DNA of 28,417 nucleotides from Oligoflexales bacterium (GTDB lineage Bacteria; Bdellovibrionota_B; Oligoflexia; Oligoflexales; Bog-1112): NCBI GenBank assembly GCA_045105515.1, contig JBGCDR010000088.1, positions 1 to 28,417 of the forward strand, read 5' to 3'. Shown piece by piece: positions 27,880 to 28,417 of this stretch (position 1 is its first letter; each line of letters starts with the position of its first letter). The notes under the pieces were generated by a model. It saw only the letters and a program-made list of their open reading frames with translations, ran no database searches and was not told where the DNA came from. The position numbers and the translations under genes were made by a program.

Positions 27880-28417
27880 TTTGATAAAATTTTTTATATA
27901 AGACGACAAAGGCATAAAAAATTATTGAATGAATTGTAGCTTTTATACATTGGCTTCCGATAATCATCGAAAAAAGGTATATTTTTACATTGCGAAATCT
28001 TCAGTGTGAGTCAAATAATCTTCGGATTAATTTTATCTGTGTAGCAATAAGATCATTATCTTTTGGAATTTCTAGTTGATCAATACTATTAAAATCTATC
28101 AGAAATTGACTATCAAAATTCCCATTTTTTAATAAGTAATTTGACAATAAGTATGAATATTTTTGAATACTTGAGAGTGTCTCATTGCAAGAGATTCTAT
28201 TTGAAAGAGGGTAAAAACATAGTCGATTGCAGGCTTTAAAGCAGCATTTAGACGATTATCAATATATGCATTGCCAAATTTAATGTATAGGAATTTCAAT
28301 AACTGATTGGCGGGATTTATCGTTGTAATTTTAAGGGTTTTTAAATTAAGTATTGCCCGATTATTTTTAGGTTGTCATGAAACTTTTCCTCCGTTTTTGT
28401 GATTGCTCTTCCATAAT
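27880..28417 (-). pseudogene. Possible degraded gene remnant running off the window end
   Basis: Protein-like open stretches on the minus strand (e.g. NQLLKFLYIKFGNAYIDNRLNAALKPAIDYVF, then in another frame LSNYLLKNGNFDSQFLIDFNSIDQLEIP) are broken by stops and frameshifts. No family recognised. Confidence 0.25.

Overview
AT-rich bacterial chromosomal window. The lineage cannot be proven here; the receiver-CheX fusion and secreted Cys-Lys-Lys lipoproteins suggest Bdellovibrionota/Oligoflexia, by inference only. From left to right it holds: a secreted Rab-like small GTPase with a C-terminal helical domain; an atypical receiver-CheX fusion; two divergent DAACS amino-acid symporters, the second preceded by a structured leader with a TPP-riboswitch-like core; ttcA; a beta-propeller protein; a small membrane protein; XdhC; a Cu/Ag resistance cluster (CusC/CusB/CusA-like RND pump plus CopA-type P1B ATPase) followed by an ECF sigma factor broken by two in-frame stops; and a tandem Usp protein. 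The most notable part is a three-gene lipoprotein operon (21204-27879). Its two ~900-aa paralogues appear to fuse an ADP-ribosyltransferase-like domain to a SidE/DupA-type phosphodiesterase domain with the catalytic His/Glu/His/Arg set intact. This is the enzyme pair Legionella uses for phosphoribosyl-linked ubiquitination, but here in reverse order and on Sec/SPII-type lipoproteins. All family calls come from motif recognition by eye; no searches were run.
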